A stretch of DNA of 64,000 nucleotides, taken from assembly GCA_964419675.1 (NCBI GenBank), contig CAYQPN010000004.1, positions 11,001 through 75,000 of the forward strand, given 5' to 3'. Position numbers and translations under genes: made by a program. A model generated the notes under the pieces. The model saw nothing but the letters and a program-made list of their open reading frames with translations, was not told the origin of the DNA and ran no database searches. Positions 18,561-26,188 of the stretch are shown in pieces (the first letter of the stretch is position 1; each line of letters begins with the position of its first letter). Origin of the DNA: an uncultured Candidatus Saccharibacteria bacterium (GTDB taxonomy: Bacteria > Patescibacteriota > Saccharimonadia > Saccharimonadales > SZUA-47).

Positions 18561-18672
18561 ATTCAAAATAGTGTAGCAGTATTATTAATAGACAAAAATT
18601 GCTTGTGCTTGTGTAGCCAACCAACCCGAAAATGAGAAGCTGTCTCCAGCCTCTCTAAGCGGAAAGATGATC

Positions 18673-18822
18673 TTACTCAATAACTTGAGTTTGGGCTTCC
18701 GCAAGTTTTCGACCTATAGAATTAGGTCTTTGCACATTATTCTCTGTTACAGAATATGCAATTTCTCTCAGTAACTCTTTAATTTCTTTGAGCTCTTTAA
18801 GTAGGGCTTCGTTACCTTGCAT
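18673..18822 (-). CDS. Possible 49-aa coiled-coil peptide translationally coupled to dnaK
   Basis: Its ATG overlaps the dnaK TAA stop (TAATG). It translates to [49 protein letters not shown]. It falls below the ORF-track length cutoff and has no known family. Confidence 0.3.
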   Translation of the reverse strand: MQGNEALLKELKEIKELLREIAYSVTENNVQRPNSIGRKLAEAQTQVIE

Positions 18823-20744
18823 TATTTATCTTCCTTTTTTTCGTCGACAACTTCGCCTTCTACGGGTTCGTCTTTGTCTTTAGACTTTTTGTCGTCGCCA
18901 TCTTTACCCTTTTCGTCTGCTTCAGCTTTTGAGGCATCTTCGTACATTTTCGCACCAATCGGCATCATTTTCTCTGAGAGTTCTTTAGCCGCTGCTTCAA
19001 GTGAGTCTTTATCGGCTTTTTCATCCTTCAGCTTTTCTTTGGCTTCTTTTATAGCATCTTCAAGAGTCTTTTTGTCCTCATCGGAAAGCTTGTCTTTACT
19101 GTCACTCACAAATTTTTCAGTTTGGTAAACGCTATTTTCTAGCATGTTACGGGCTTCAATACCTTCACGCTTTTTCTTATCTTCTTCAGCGTGAGCCTCA
19201 GCATCTTTTGCCATTTTTTCAACTTCAGTTTTATCAAGATTACCGCTGTTTTGAATGGTTATTGACTGTTCTTTTCCAGAACCTTTATCTTTAGCTGAAA
19301 CATTCAAAATTCCGTTAGCATCTATATTAAACGTAACTTCAATTTGCGGAACACCACGGGGTGCTGGAGGGATACCGTCTAACACGAAACGTCCTAGCGA
19401 CTTATTGTCTGCGACCATGTCTCGCTCACCTTGAACAACATGAATCTCAACCTGTGGCTGGCTATCGGCTGCTGTAGAAAAAGTTTCACTCTTACTTGTA
19501 GGGACTGTGGTATTTCTCTCAATTAATTTAGTAGCAATTCCGCCCATAGTTTCAATACCAAGAGATAGCGGTGTTACATCAAGAAGAAGTACGTCTTTAA
19601 CATCACCTGCCAAAACTCCACCTTGAATTGCGGCACCTACGGCAACAACTTCGTCAGGGTTTACGCCTTGCATTGGGTCTTTACCGAAAATTTCTTTAAC
19701 TTTCTTAACCACCGCAGGCATTCTGGTCATACCACCAACTAAAACAATTGCATTAATATCTTTTGCGGTTAGCTTGGCGTCTTTTAGAGCCTTTTCACAT
19801 GGACCAGCTGTTTTATCAATTAAATCAGCAACCAAACTTTCAAGTTTTGAACGTGTAAGTTTGTGCTCAAAGTGTTTTGGACCGTCGGCATCTGCAGTCA
19901 AGAATGGAAGGTTTATATTCACCTCTTGTGCTGAAGATAGTTCAATCTTGGCTTTTTCTGCTTCGTCACGCAAACGTTGCATAGCAGCTTTGTCGTCTGA
20001 AATATCCATCCCGTGTTCTTTTTTGAATTCTTCAGCTAGGTAGTTAACGATTGTGCGGTCAAAATCTGCACCACCAAGGTGTGTATCACCGTTGGTAGAC
20101 TTTACTTCAAATACTCCATCGCCTAATTCCAAAATTGAAACATCAAACGTACCACCACCTAAGTCATAGACAGCAATTTTTTCGTCTTTTTTGGATTCTT
20201 TATCTAAGCCGTAAGCTAAAGCTGCGGCAGTTGGCTCGTTTATAATTCGCTTTACTTCAAGTCCAGCAATTTTACCAGCATCTTTGGTTGCCTGACGCTG
20301 AGAATCATCAAAATACGCCGGAACAGTAATTACCGCTTCAGTTACAGGTGCGCCCAAAAAGGCTTCTGCATCACTCTTGAGTTTACCAAGAACCATAGCA
20401 CTAATCTCTTCTGGGCTATATTCCTTGTCGCCCATTTTAACTTTTACGCTTGTGCCACTTTTAACCATTTCGTAGCCCATAAGTTTGATGTCTTTTTGAA
20501 CTTCTTTATCAGTCCAATTGCGACCAATAAGTCGTTTAACTTCATAAATTGTATTCTTGGAGTTCGTAACTTGTTGACGACGAGCCACCTGGCCAACCAA
20601 ACGTTCTCCGTTCTTATTAACTGCTACAACAGATGGCGTTGTACGGTTACCTTCACTATTTGCAATAATTTCTGGCTTACCAGACTGCATAACTGCCATT
20701 GCGCTGTTTGTAGTTCCTAGGTCGATTCCTATAATTTTTGACAT
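18822..20744 (-). CDS. dnaK: Molecular chaperone DnaK (Hsp70)
   Basis: It is colinear with Hsp70 over its full length ([18 protein letters not shown]). Confidence 0.98.
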   Translation of the reverse strand: MSKIIGIDLGTTNSAMAVMQSGKPEIIANSEGNRTTPSVVAVNKNGERLVGQVARRQQVTNSKNTIYEVKRLIGRNWTDKEVQKDIKLMGYEMVKSGTSVKVKMGDKEYSPEEISAMVLGKLKSDAEAFLGAPVTEAVITVPAYFDDSQRQATKDAGKIAGLEVKRIINEPTAAALAYGLDKESKKDEKIAVYDLGGGTFDVSILELGDGVFEVKSTNGDTHLGGADFDRTIVNYLAEEFKKEHGMDISDDKAAMQRLRDEAEKAKIELSSAQEVNINLPFLTADADGPKHFEHKLTRSKLESLVADLIDKTAGPCEKALKDAKLTAKDINAIVLVGGMTRMPAVVKKVKEIFGKDPMQGVNPDEVVAVGAAIQGGVLAGDVKDVLLLDVTPLSLGIETMGGIATKLIERNTTVPTSKSETFSTAADSQPQVEIHVVQGERDMVADNKSLGRFVLDGIPPAPRGVPQIEVTFNIDANGILNVSAKDKGSGKEQSITIQNSGNLDKTEVEKMAKDAEAHAEEDKKKREGIEARNMLENSVYQTEKFVSDSKDKLSDEDKKTLEDAIKEAKEKLKDEKADKDSLEAAAKELSEKMMPIGAKMYEDASKAEADEKGKDGDDKKSKDKDEPVEGEVVDEKKEDK

Positions 20745-20823
20745 TTAAATTTTCCCCTTCTTAAGATTTCTTGTAATTAGCACTCGTTGTGTGCTTCTGC
20801 TAATAATTGTAGCAAACCATAAA

Positions 20824-20850
20824 TTAGCAGTCAAGTACTTAGAGTGCTAG
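20824..20850. promoter_or_regulatory. CIRCE-like operator upstream of dnaK
   Basis: TTAGCAGTC-N9-GAGTGCTAG lies about 75 nt upstream of the dnaK ATG. A weaker half-conserved copy, TTAGCACTC-N9-TTCTGCTAA, is at 20777-20803. Confidence 0.7.
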
Positions 20851-21117
20851 TTCTTGATCTCTGCGTTGAAGAAATACCCTAACTCCATATTGATCAGAGC
20901 CTACTCGTGCATCTACTTCTTGTATAAACCCGTGTTCTACCGCTGAACACAGATAACCAATTGACTCAGTTATGTGATGCGCAAGTTCTCTGCCGGTTCT
21001 CTCGTCTAAACTAGTCTTTTCGGCGATGCTAGAATATACTGCTCCGCATAATCTGACATCAAACTCCGGTACTGAAAAGTGGGGATCAATAAGCGGTTCT
21101 GACTTCCGCCTTCTCAC
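20839..21117 (-). CDS. Hypothetical 92-aa ORF between grpE and dnaK
   Basis: Its GTG start overlaps the grpE TGA stop (GTGA), and it ends inside the CIRCE-like site. It has no known family and no internal Met. Confidence 0.3.
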   Translation of the reverse strand: MRRRKSEPLIDPHFSVPEFDVRLCGAVYSSIAEKTSLDERTGRELAHHITESIGYLCSAVEHGFIQEVDARVGSDQYGVRVFLQRRDQELAL

Positions 21118-21614
21118 TGTTGCTTTACTCTTACCATAGCGTGGCGGAGGACTTCTCCTTGAAGAGTGTAGCCACTTTGCAATTCTTCAGATACAATTTC
21201 GTGTTTTCCGTCACCCTCTTCCATTGTCACGGCATCGTGCAAATGCGGGTCAAAGTGCTCTCCAACAGTTTTTATGCGTTCTACTCCAAGTTTTTCAAGA
21301 GTCTGTAAGAATTGTTTGTGAACAGATTCGACGCCTTTTATCCAATCCTCTAGCTGCTTACTGTTTACTGTCGACTGTTTATTGTTAAAGGCTCGTTCAA
21401 AATTATCGATAACTGGTAACAGTTCTTTTACTATCAAAGCTTTATAAAATCCACCAAGCTTTTGCTTGTCTTCTTCTGCGCGTTTGCGAACATTTGTTGC
21501 ATCAGCCCGTTCACGCAGCAAAGCATCATTTAGTTGTGCATTTTCTTGCGCTAATTCTTCCGCTAGTTTCTGATAGTCAATGTTCTGGTTTATTTTCTTC
21601 ATATTATTCTGCAC
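21114..21614 (-). CDS. grpE: Nucleotide exchange factor GrpE
   Basis: It has the GrpE dimerisation helix and a C-terminal beta domain (HDPHLHDAV...G.VLRHAMV). The first codon is GTG. The ATG at 21602 is an equally good start. Confidence 0.93.
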   Translation of the reverse strand: MQNNMKKINQNIDYQKLAEELAQENAQLNDALLRERADATNVRKRAEEDKQKLGGFYKALIVKELLPVIDNFERAFNNKQSTVNSKQLEDWIKGVESVHKQFLQTLEKLGVERIKTVGEHFDPHLHDAVTMEEGDGKHEIVSEELQSGYTLQGEVLRHAMVRVKQQ

Positions 21615-21837
21615 CCAAACACATTAAATCTATATCTGCTTGTGCTTGTATAGCTCTCCAGGTGGCAAGTAGTGCTACAGCAGATCTTTTAGAAGCAGGT
21701 AATAATTCTAATATTTCACTTGATGCAATATTTCGAGCAGCTTGTTGGGGCGGAGTACCGTTAGATATCTCGTCTAAGACACATAAAACTGCATGACGAT
21801 TCAGCGGATCTTCTAAAAATGGATCGGCATCAGGCAT
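21604..21837 (-). CDS. Hypothetical 77-aa ORF wedged between hrcA and grpE
   Basis: Its ATG at 21837 overlaps the hrcA end by 8 nt. Its TAA stop lies 1 nt before the grpE ATG at 21602 (TAATATG). It has no known family. Confidence 0.4.
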   Translation of the reverse strand: MPDADPFLEDPLNRHAVLCVLDEISNGTPPQQAARNIASSEILELLPASKRSAVALLATWRAIQAQADIDLMCLGAE

Positions 21838-22534
21838 AAAGAGCACGCTCCAACATTTGTCCAGCGTTCTCTACTAGCCCCATAACTTCTTTGTAGCTCT
21901 GGCGTGTTGGGCCAAGAACTCCTATAAAACTCTTGTCTGAGTAGGGGCTACTAAATTTACTGATTATTAATGAACATCCGCTGTTACGGCCAATTGGGTT
22001 CTCACTTCCGATGTAGACGCTTAGGGGTTTGTTTGGAGCTGCTTCCCGTAGCCACGGCTCGAGATTATCAAGTAACCTAGCAACTTCTTGTACTTGAGCT
22101 GGATGTATGAATTCTGGTTGACCAAAAAGATTCGATAAACCGCTCATATAAAGTTGTTTGCCAATAGTAGCAAGACCAAGATTGTGCGTAAGTTCAACAA
22201 GCGTATCGACGGTATTTCTGATTGTGCGCTCTGGTACGCTACCCTCACCAATTCTCGCTGTCAGCGCTCGTTCACCTCTAGAAGAGGGCCCATTATTACC
22301 GGCCTCTGTTGTCTGATTCACGTAGTGTCTATAGCCTTGATCTGTTGGGATACGTCCAGCACTGGTGTGAGGTTGTTCAATGAAACCTAGCTTCTCCAAA
22401 ATCGCCATTTCTGAGCGGATTGTAGCACTTGAAACATTAAAAATCTTGGCGAGTAACTGCGACCCCACCGGGCTTGCCACCTCAGCGTACTCTTCCACTA
22501 TTGAGCGTAGAATTTTTTCCTGTCTATCGGTCAT
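21830..22534 (-). CDS. hrcA: Heat-inducible transcription repressor HrcA (short form)
   Basis: It has an N-terminal winged-helix region (RQEKILRSIVEEY...ATIRSEMAILEKLGFIEQPHTSAGRIPT). A CIRCE site lies upstream. At 234 aa it is shorter than typical HrcA. Confidence 0.88.
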   Translation of the reverse strand: MTDRQEKILRSIVEEYAEVASPVGSQLLAKIFNVSSATIRSEMAILEKLGFIEQPHTSAGRIPTDQGYRHYVNQTTEAGNNGPSSRGERALTARIGEGSVPERTIRNTVDTLVELTHNLGLATIGKQLYMSGLSNLFGQPEFIHPAQVQEVARLLDNLEPWLREAAPNKPLSVYIGSENPIGRNSGCSLIISKFSSPYSDKSFIGVLGPTRQSYKEVMGLVENAGQMLERALYA

Positions 22535-22554
22535 ATTGCCAATATTGTACCAAC

Positions 22555-22581
22555 TTAGCAGTCAATGCACAAGAGTGCTAA
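22555..22581. promoter_or_regulatory. CIRCE operator upstream of hrcA
   Basis: TTAGCAGTC-N9-GAGTGCTAA has one mismatch to the TTAGCACTC-N9-GAGTGCTAA consensus. It lies 21 nt upstream of the hrcA ATG. Confidence 0.85.
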
Positions 22582-22585
22582 GGAG

Positions 22586-23314
22586 TCATAGTTTTTCTAT
22601 CTCTTGTTCATATTCCGATAAGACTTCTGCTGCTTCTACTAACTGAGCAATGCTGAGGGGCTTCCCCTTAACTATCTCATCAACTGCTTCAGCTGCTTCG
22701 TGATACTCGTGGTTAATTACAACTTTTATTCTGGGGTCATTTTTAGCAAGCTTAATAACTTTCTTTGCCGTCTCTACTCGATTATTAAACTCTGTCCTTG
22801 ATATTTCTTCGCGTCTGCTGAAACGATCAAGCCAAATTTTAAACGTTGACGGAAGTATAGCAATAACAACTGCTTCAGGATTTGCTCCAAGTATATTTAG
22901 TGCCCCACCAAACTCTACTTCATTAATACCAATTTTATTTTCAGCCGCAACTTTCTCAAGCTCTCTAATGCTAGTGCCGCTAACCTGTTGGCCGTGTATT
23001 AGTTCTGCCTCTAAAAACTCTCCTCGCTCTAAATCTGATAAAAAGTCTTCTTCCTTCCTGAAGTAGTAGTTACTGCCATGGGTTTCCATTAATCCGTCTC
23101 TTAGCTTAGGGGGTCTAGTTGTATCTGACACAACCTGTATATAGCCTTTATTTTTTACTAAAAAGTTTATTATTGTGTTTCGTCCTGCGGCTGCGGGCCC
23201 AATTAGAACAACATATTTTACGTTTCTTAAGACTTTTTTGGCATGCTCAGAAATTTTGTATGATGCTAGAGTTGCTTCAAATTTTTGTTTATTTCTTAGT
23301 ATTACTTCGTTCAT
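22586..23314 (-). CDS. Guanylate kinase-like P-loop protein (divergent)
   Basis: It has P-loop GPAAAGRNT and an SDTTRPP...YYF motif resembling the Gmk S.TTR...Y.F pattern. It also has extra N- and C-terminal extensions. Confidence 0.6.
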   Translation of the reverse strand: MNEVILRNKQKFEATLASYKISEHAKKVLRNVKYVVLIGPAAAGRNTIINFLVKNKGYIQVVSDTTRPPKLRDGLMETHGSNYYFRKEEDFLSDLERGEFLEAELIHGQQVSGTSIRELEKVAAENKIGINEVEFGGALNILGANPEAVVIAILPSTFKIWLDRFSRREEISRTEFNNRVETAKKVIKLAKNDPRIKVVINHEYHEAAEAVDEIVKGKPLSIAQLVEAAEVLSEYEQEIEKL

Positions 23315-23355
23315 AGTAATATTATAAACACCTCTAACAGATATGCAAACTGATT

Positions 23356-24048
23356 CTAGACAGACTCATCACCGATACGTTCTAGGATAATGTCGGCTGT
23401 GTCTCTGGCCAGTTGGGCGCGGTGCTGATCAACCGGCTGATTATTCATAATTGCTTTTACTTCGTTCACGGCCAGTTCTAGCGTGTCATTTAATACAAAA
23501 TAATAGCTATCATCTTGAAGTGAAAGTAGTATTGACTGGCGAGCTTCATCGATGCGCGCAAGCAAATCGCGAGACCTAACACCGCTAATTCTTCGCATCC
23601 ATTCAATATAACTTGGGGGCATTAAATAAATATTTTTAACTGACCTAAACCCAAGACTTTTGAATTTAGGGATAACACCTGCAAGGATTGCCATTACGCA
23701 TAAACCTGACTCAGGATAGGCAGAAAGCCTGGTCCCGTAAAATTCGCCTGTTGGGGCCTGCAAGAATTGGACATATTCACCATTTTTAACTTCATCAATT
23801 ATTTTAAGATAGTCGTTTCTGAAATGATAAGTAATGCTACTGTGTAGCTCGTCTGGTCTCTGTTCCCTTGTAACATCGCTCATAACGTAAGGTATCCCTA
23901 GCTCAGTAATTACAGTAGATTTACCAACCCCGGTTGGCCCAACAAGAGCAACAAGGTCAATGTTTGCAAGTTGATTAAGGGTCGCTTCAGACGGTACGTA
24001 TGAGTCTTGTAGCTTCTCAACCCATTCAATAAAATCTTTTTTGTCCAC
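23356..24048 (-). CDS. Guanylate kinase-like P-loop protein (divergent paralogue)
   Basis: It has P-loop GPTGVGKST and an SDVTRE...YHF motif. It has a GTG start and sits in tandem with 22586-23314. Confidence 0.6.
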   Translation of the reverse strand: MDKKDFIEWVEKLQDSYVPSEATLNQLANIDLVALVGPTGVGKSTVITELGIPYVMSDVTREQRPDELHSSITYHFRNDYLKIIDEVKNGEYVQFLQAPTGEFYGTRLSAYPESGLCVMAILAGVIPKFKSLGFRSVKNIYLMPPSYIEWMRRISGVRSRDLLARIDEARQSILLSLQDDSYYFVLNDTLELAVNEVKAIMNNQPVDQHRAQLARDTADIILERIGDESV

Positions 24049-24080
24049 TAAACTTATTGTACCAGTAAAATATCTGTAAG

Positions 24081-24131
24081 TTAGTCACGTTTTAGTAAAA
24101 CGGTGAAGGCCTCGGCCGGTAGGTCTACTTT
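24081..24131 (-). repeat. Displaced duplicate of the lepA 3' end (last 16 codons plus stop)
   Basis: It matches 24218-24268 at 50 of 51 positions. The single difference is a synonymous Thr codon change (ACC versus ACA). Confidence 0.9.
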
Positions 24132-24217
24132 ATCAGAGTATAAGACACCCCTTCGGGGTTTCTCATCACGCAGGCCACGGAATAAATCCGATGGTCTGGC
24201 TGCTCTTCCCGAAGCAG
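24132..24217 (-). repeat. Family B element, minus orientation, between the two lepA 3'-end copies
   Basis: The minus strand reads GGGAAGAGCAGCCAGACCATCGGATTTATTCCGTGGCCTGCGTGATGAGAAACCCCGAAGGGGTGTC. Confidence 0.75.
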
Positions 24218-25999
24218 TTAGTCACGTTTTAGTAAAACTGTGAAGGCCTCGGCCGGTAGGTCTACTTTGCCGAACTTTTTAAGGCGTTCTTTACCTTTTT
24301 TCTGCTTGGCTAGAACTTTCTTTTTTCTAGATACATCACCACCGTATAACCCAGTTGTTACGTCTTTTCTGAAGGCGCTAATGTCCTCTCGTGCAATAAA
24401 TTTACCGCCCAATGCGGCCTGAACCGCCACTTGAAAGTTTTGACGCGGTATAACGTCTTTCAGCTTCTTGACAACGTCTCGTCCAACGCTGTTGGCTTCA
24501 CTTCTATGAACCATAATACTTAGAGCATCAACTCTGTCGCCCGCAACGTAAAAATCAAGCTTTACCAAATCTTCTACTCTATAGTTATCTAGCTCGTAAT
24601 TAAAACTGCCATATCCGCTTGTTAGACTTTTTAATTGGTCATAAAAATCTGTTAACAGGTTGGCAAGCGGTGCCTCAAAAGTAACAAGCGCCAATTGTGC
24701 ATCTACATAGCCTAGATTTTTTTGTAAACCTCGTTTACTAACAATCAACTGAATAATAGCCCCAACATATTCTTTGGGACAAACCACTTCACCTTTAATC
24801 CATGGTTCACGAATCTCGGTAATTTTACTTACGTCCGGCAAACTACTGGCTGATTTAACATCAATTTCTTCTCCGCTACTCAGTAAAACTTCATAGTCCG
24901 TGCTGGGATTTGTTACTACTAAATCAAGGTTATACTCTCGCTCTAAACGCTCTTTAATAATGTCCATGTGGAGCAACCCTAAGAAACCAATGCGAATCCC
25001 GAAGCCTAAAACTGGTGAATTTTCTGGCTCGTATTGCAAAGCAGAATCACTCAAACTTAATCTGTCAATCGCCTCTTTAAGGGCGATGTAATTTTCGTTA
25101 CTATCTGGGAAAAACCCGGCATACACAAAAGGCTTAACGATTTTATAGCCGGCAAGAGCTTCAACAGCAGGAGCGTTGGTTAGAGTTACGGTGTCACCAA
25201 CTCGAGCTTCGCGGGTGCTTTTCAAGTTAGTTACAATATATCCAATCTCCCCTGTTTTTAAGTCTGTATTGGCCTTCATATCTGGGCGTAATGCACCCAC
25301 TTCTAGCGCAAGTCCATTAGTGTTGGAGCTAATCATATGAATTCCGGCGCCTTTTTGGACATGACCGTCAATGATACGCACGTAGAGAATAACTCCACGG
25401 TAATCGTCATAGTAGCTATCAAAAATTAGACCTCTGGTTGGCTTGTCACTAGTACCTTTTGGCTCTGGTACAAGTGCAATTACACTGTCCAGAACTGATT
25501 CAATACCAATCCCGGTTTTTGCACTTATCAGCAATATATCTTCTTTTTTGCATCCAAGCAGGGAAATAACTTCTGAACTTACACGCTCTACGTCAGCGGC
25601 CGGCAAATCGATTTTATTTAGAACAGGAATAATCGTTAAGTCGGCTGCAATTGCTAGATAAACATTGGCTAGAGTCTGCGCCTGAATGCCTTGAGAAGCA
25701 TCAACAACTAAAATTGCGCCCTCGCAAGCCTCAAGGCTTCGCGATACTTCATAGCTGAAATCCACATGACCTGGAGTATCAATCAAGTTCAGCTCGTAGC
25801 CTTTATAGTCCATTCTTACCGGCGCTAGTTTAATGGTAATTCCCTTTTCGCGCTCCAAATCCATTTTGTCTAGCATCTGTGCTTTCATATCGCGCTTTTG
25901 CACAGTTCCGGTAATTTCCAATAGCCGGTCAGCCAAAGTAGACTTACCATGATCGATATGCGCAATAATGCAGAAATTTCTAATTTTTTCTTGACTCAT
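24218..25999 (-). CDS. lepA: Translation elongation factor 4 (LepA)
   Basis: It has the GTPase motifs IIAHIDHGKST and DTPGHVDF and the LepA-specific C-terminal domain. Confidence 0.97.
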   Translation of the reverse strand: MSQEKIRNFCIIAHIDHGKSTLADRLLEITGTVQKRDMKAQMLDKMDLEREKGITIKLAPVRMDYKGYELNLIDTPGHVDFSYEVSRSLEACEGAILVVDASQGIQAQTLANVYLAIAADLTIIPVLNKIDLPAADVERVSSEVISLLGCKKEDILLISAKTGIGIESVLDSVIALVPEPKGTSDKPTRGLIFDSYYDDYRGVILYVRIIDGHVQKGAGIHMISSNTNGLALEVGALRPDMKANTDLKTGEIGYIVTNLKSTREARVGDTVTLTNAPAVEALAGYKIVKPFVYAGFFPDSNENYIALKEAIDRLSLSDSALQYEPENSPVLGFGIRIGFLGLLHMDIIKERLEREYNLDLVVTNPSTDYEVLLSSGEEIDVKSASSLPDVSKITEIREPWIKGEVVCPKEYVGAIIQLIVSKRGLQKNLGYVDAQLALVTFEAPLANLLTDFYDQLKSLTSGYGSFNYELDNYRVEDLVKLDFYVAGDRVDALSIMVHRSEANSVGRDVVKKLKDVIPRQNFQVAVQAALGGKFIAREDISAFRKDVTTGLYGGDVSRKKKVLAKQKKGKERLKKFGKVDLPAEAFTVLLKRD

Positions 26000-26085
26000 T
26001 GACCTAATTCTAGCATAAATATCACAAATTTAACAGAGGTAGATTATTTAATTTATGATTTGTTCTAATATAATATTTTGTATTT

Positions 26086-26172
26086 GCAGATGTCCTAAGG
26101 GAAAAGAGCAGCCCAAGCGTCGGATTCATTCCGCGCGTGGCTTTGGCGAGAAAAACCGCAGGTTTGTCTCAG
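26086..26172 (+). repeat. Family B element, plus orientation, 17 nt from the murJ stop
   Basis: It reads GGGAAAAGAGCAGCCCAAGCGTCGGATTCATTCCGCGCGTGGCTTTGGCGAGAAAAACCGCAGGTTTGTC. Confidence 0.7.
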
Positions 26173-26188
26173 TTGTGTATCACAGAGG

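Noticed and set aside
18817-19128. Long ORFs antisense to highly expressed or low-complexity genes: 18817-19128 in dnaK, 59694-60254 and 59025-59276 in the surface protein, 61300-61773 in aspS, 28070-28627 and 28929-29300 in ftsH, 13634-14399 in dnaJ, and 6917-7288 in ruvA.
   Set aside because: They lie entirely inside confidently identified genes on the other strand and have Ser/Leu/Phe-rich shadow composition with no motifs. They are typical antisense frame artefacts.
24132-24217. Resemblance of the family B 5' motif (GGAAGAGCAGCCA) to the SRP RNA domain IV string GGAAGGAAGCAGCCA.
   Set aside because: At least five copies occur in both orientations within 64 kb. There is no complementary 3' strand forming the SRP symmetric and asymmetric loops, and the copies are too divergent outside the motif. 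This is not an SRP RNA gene.
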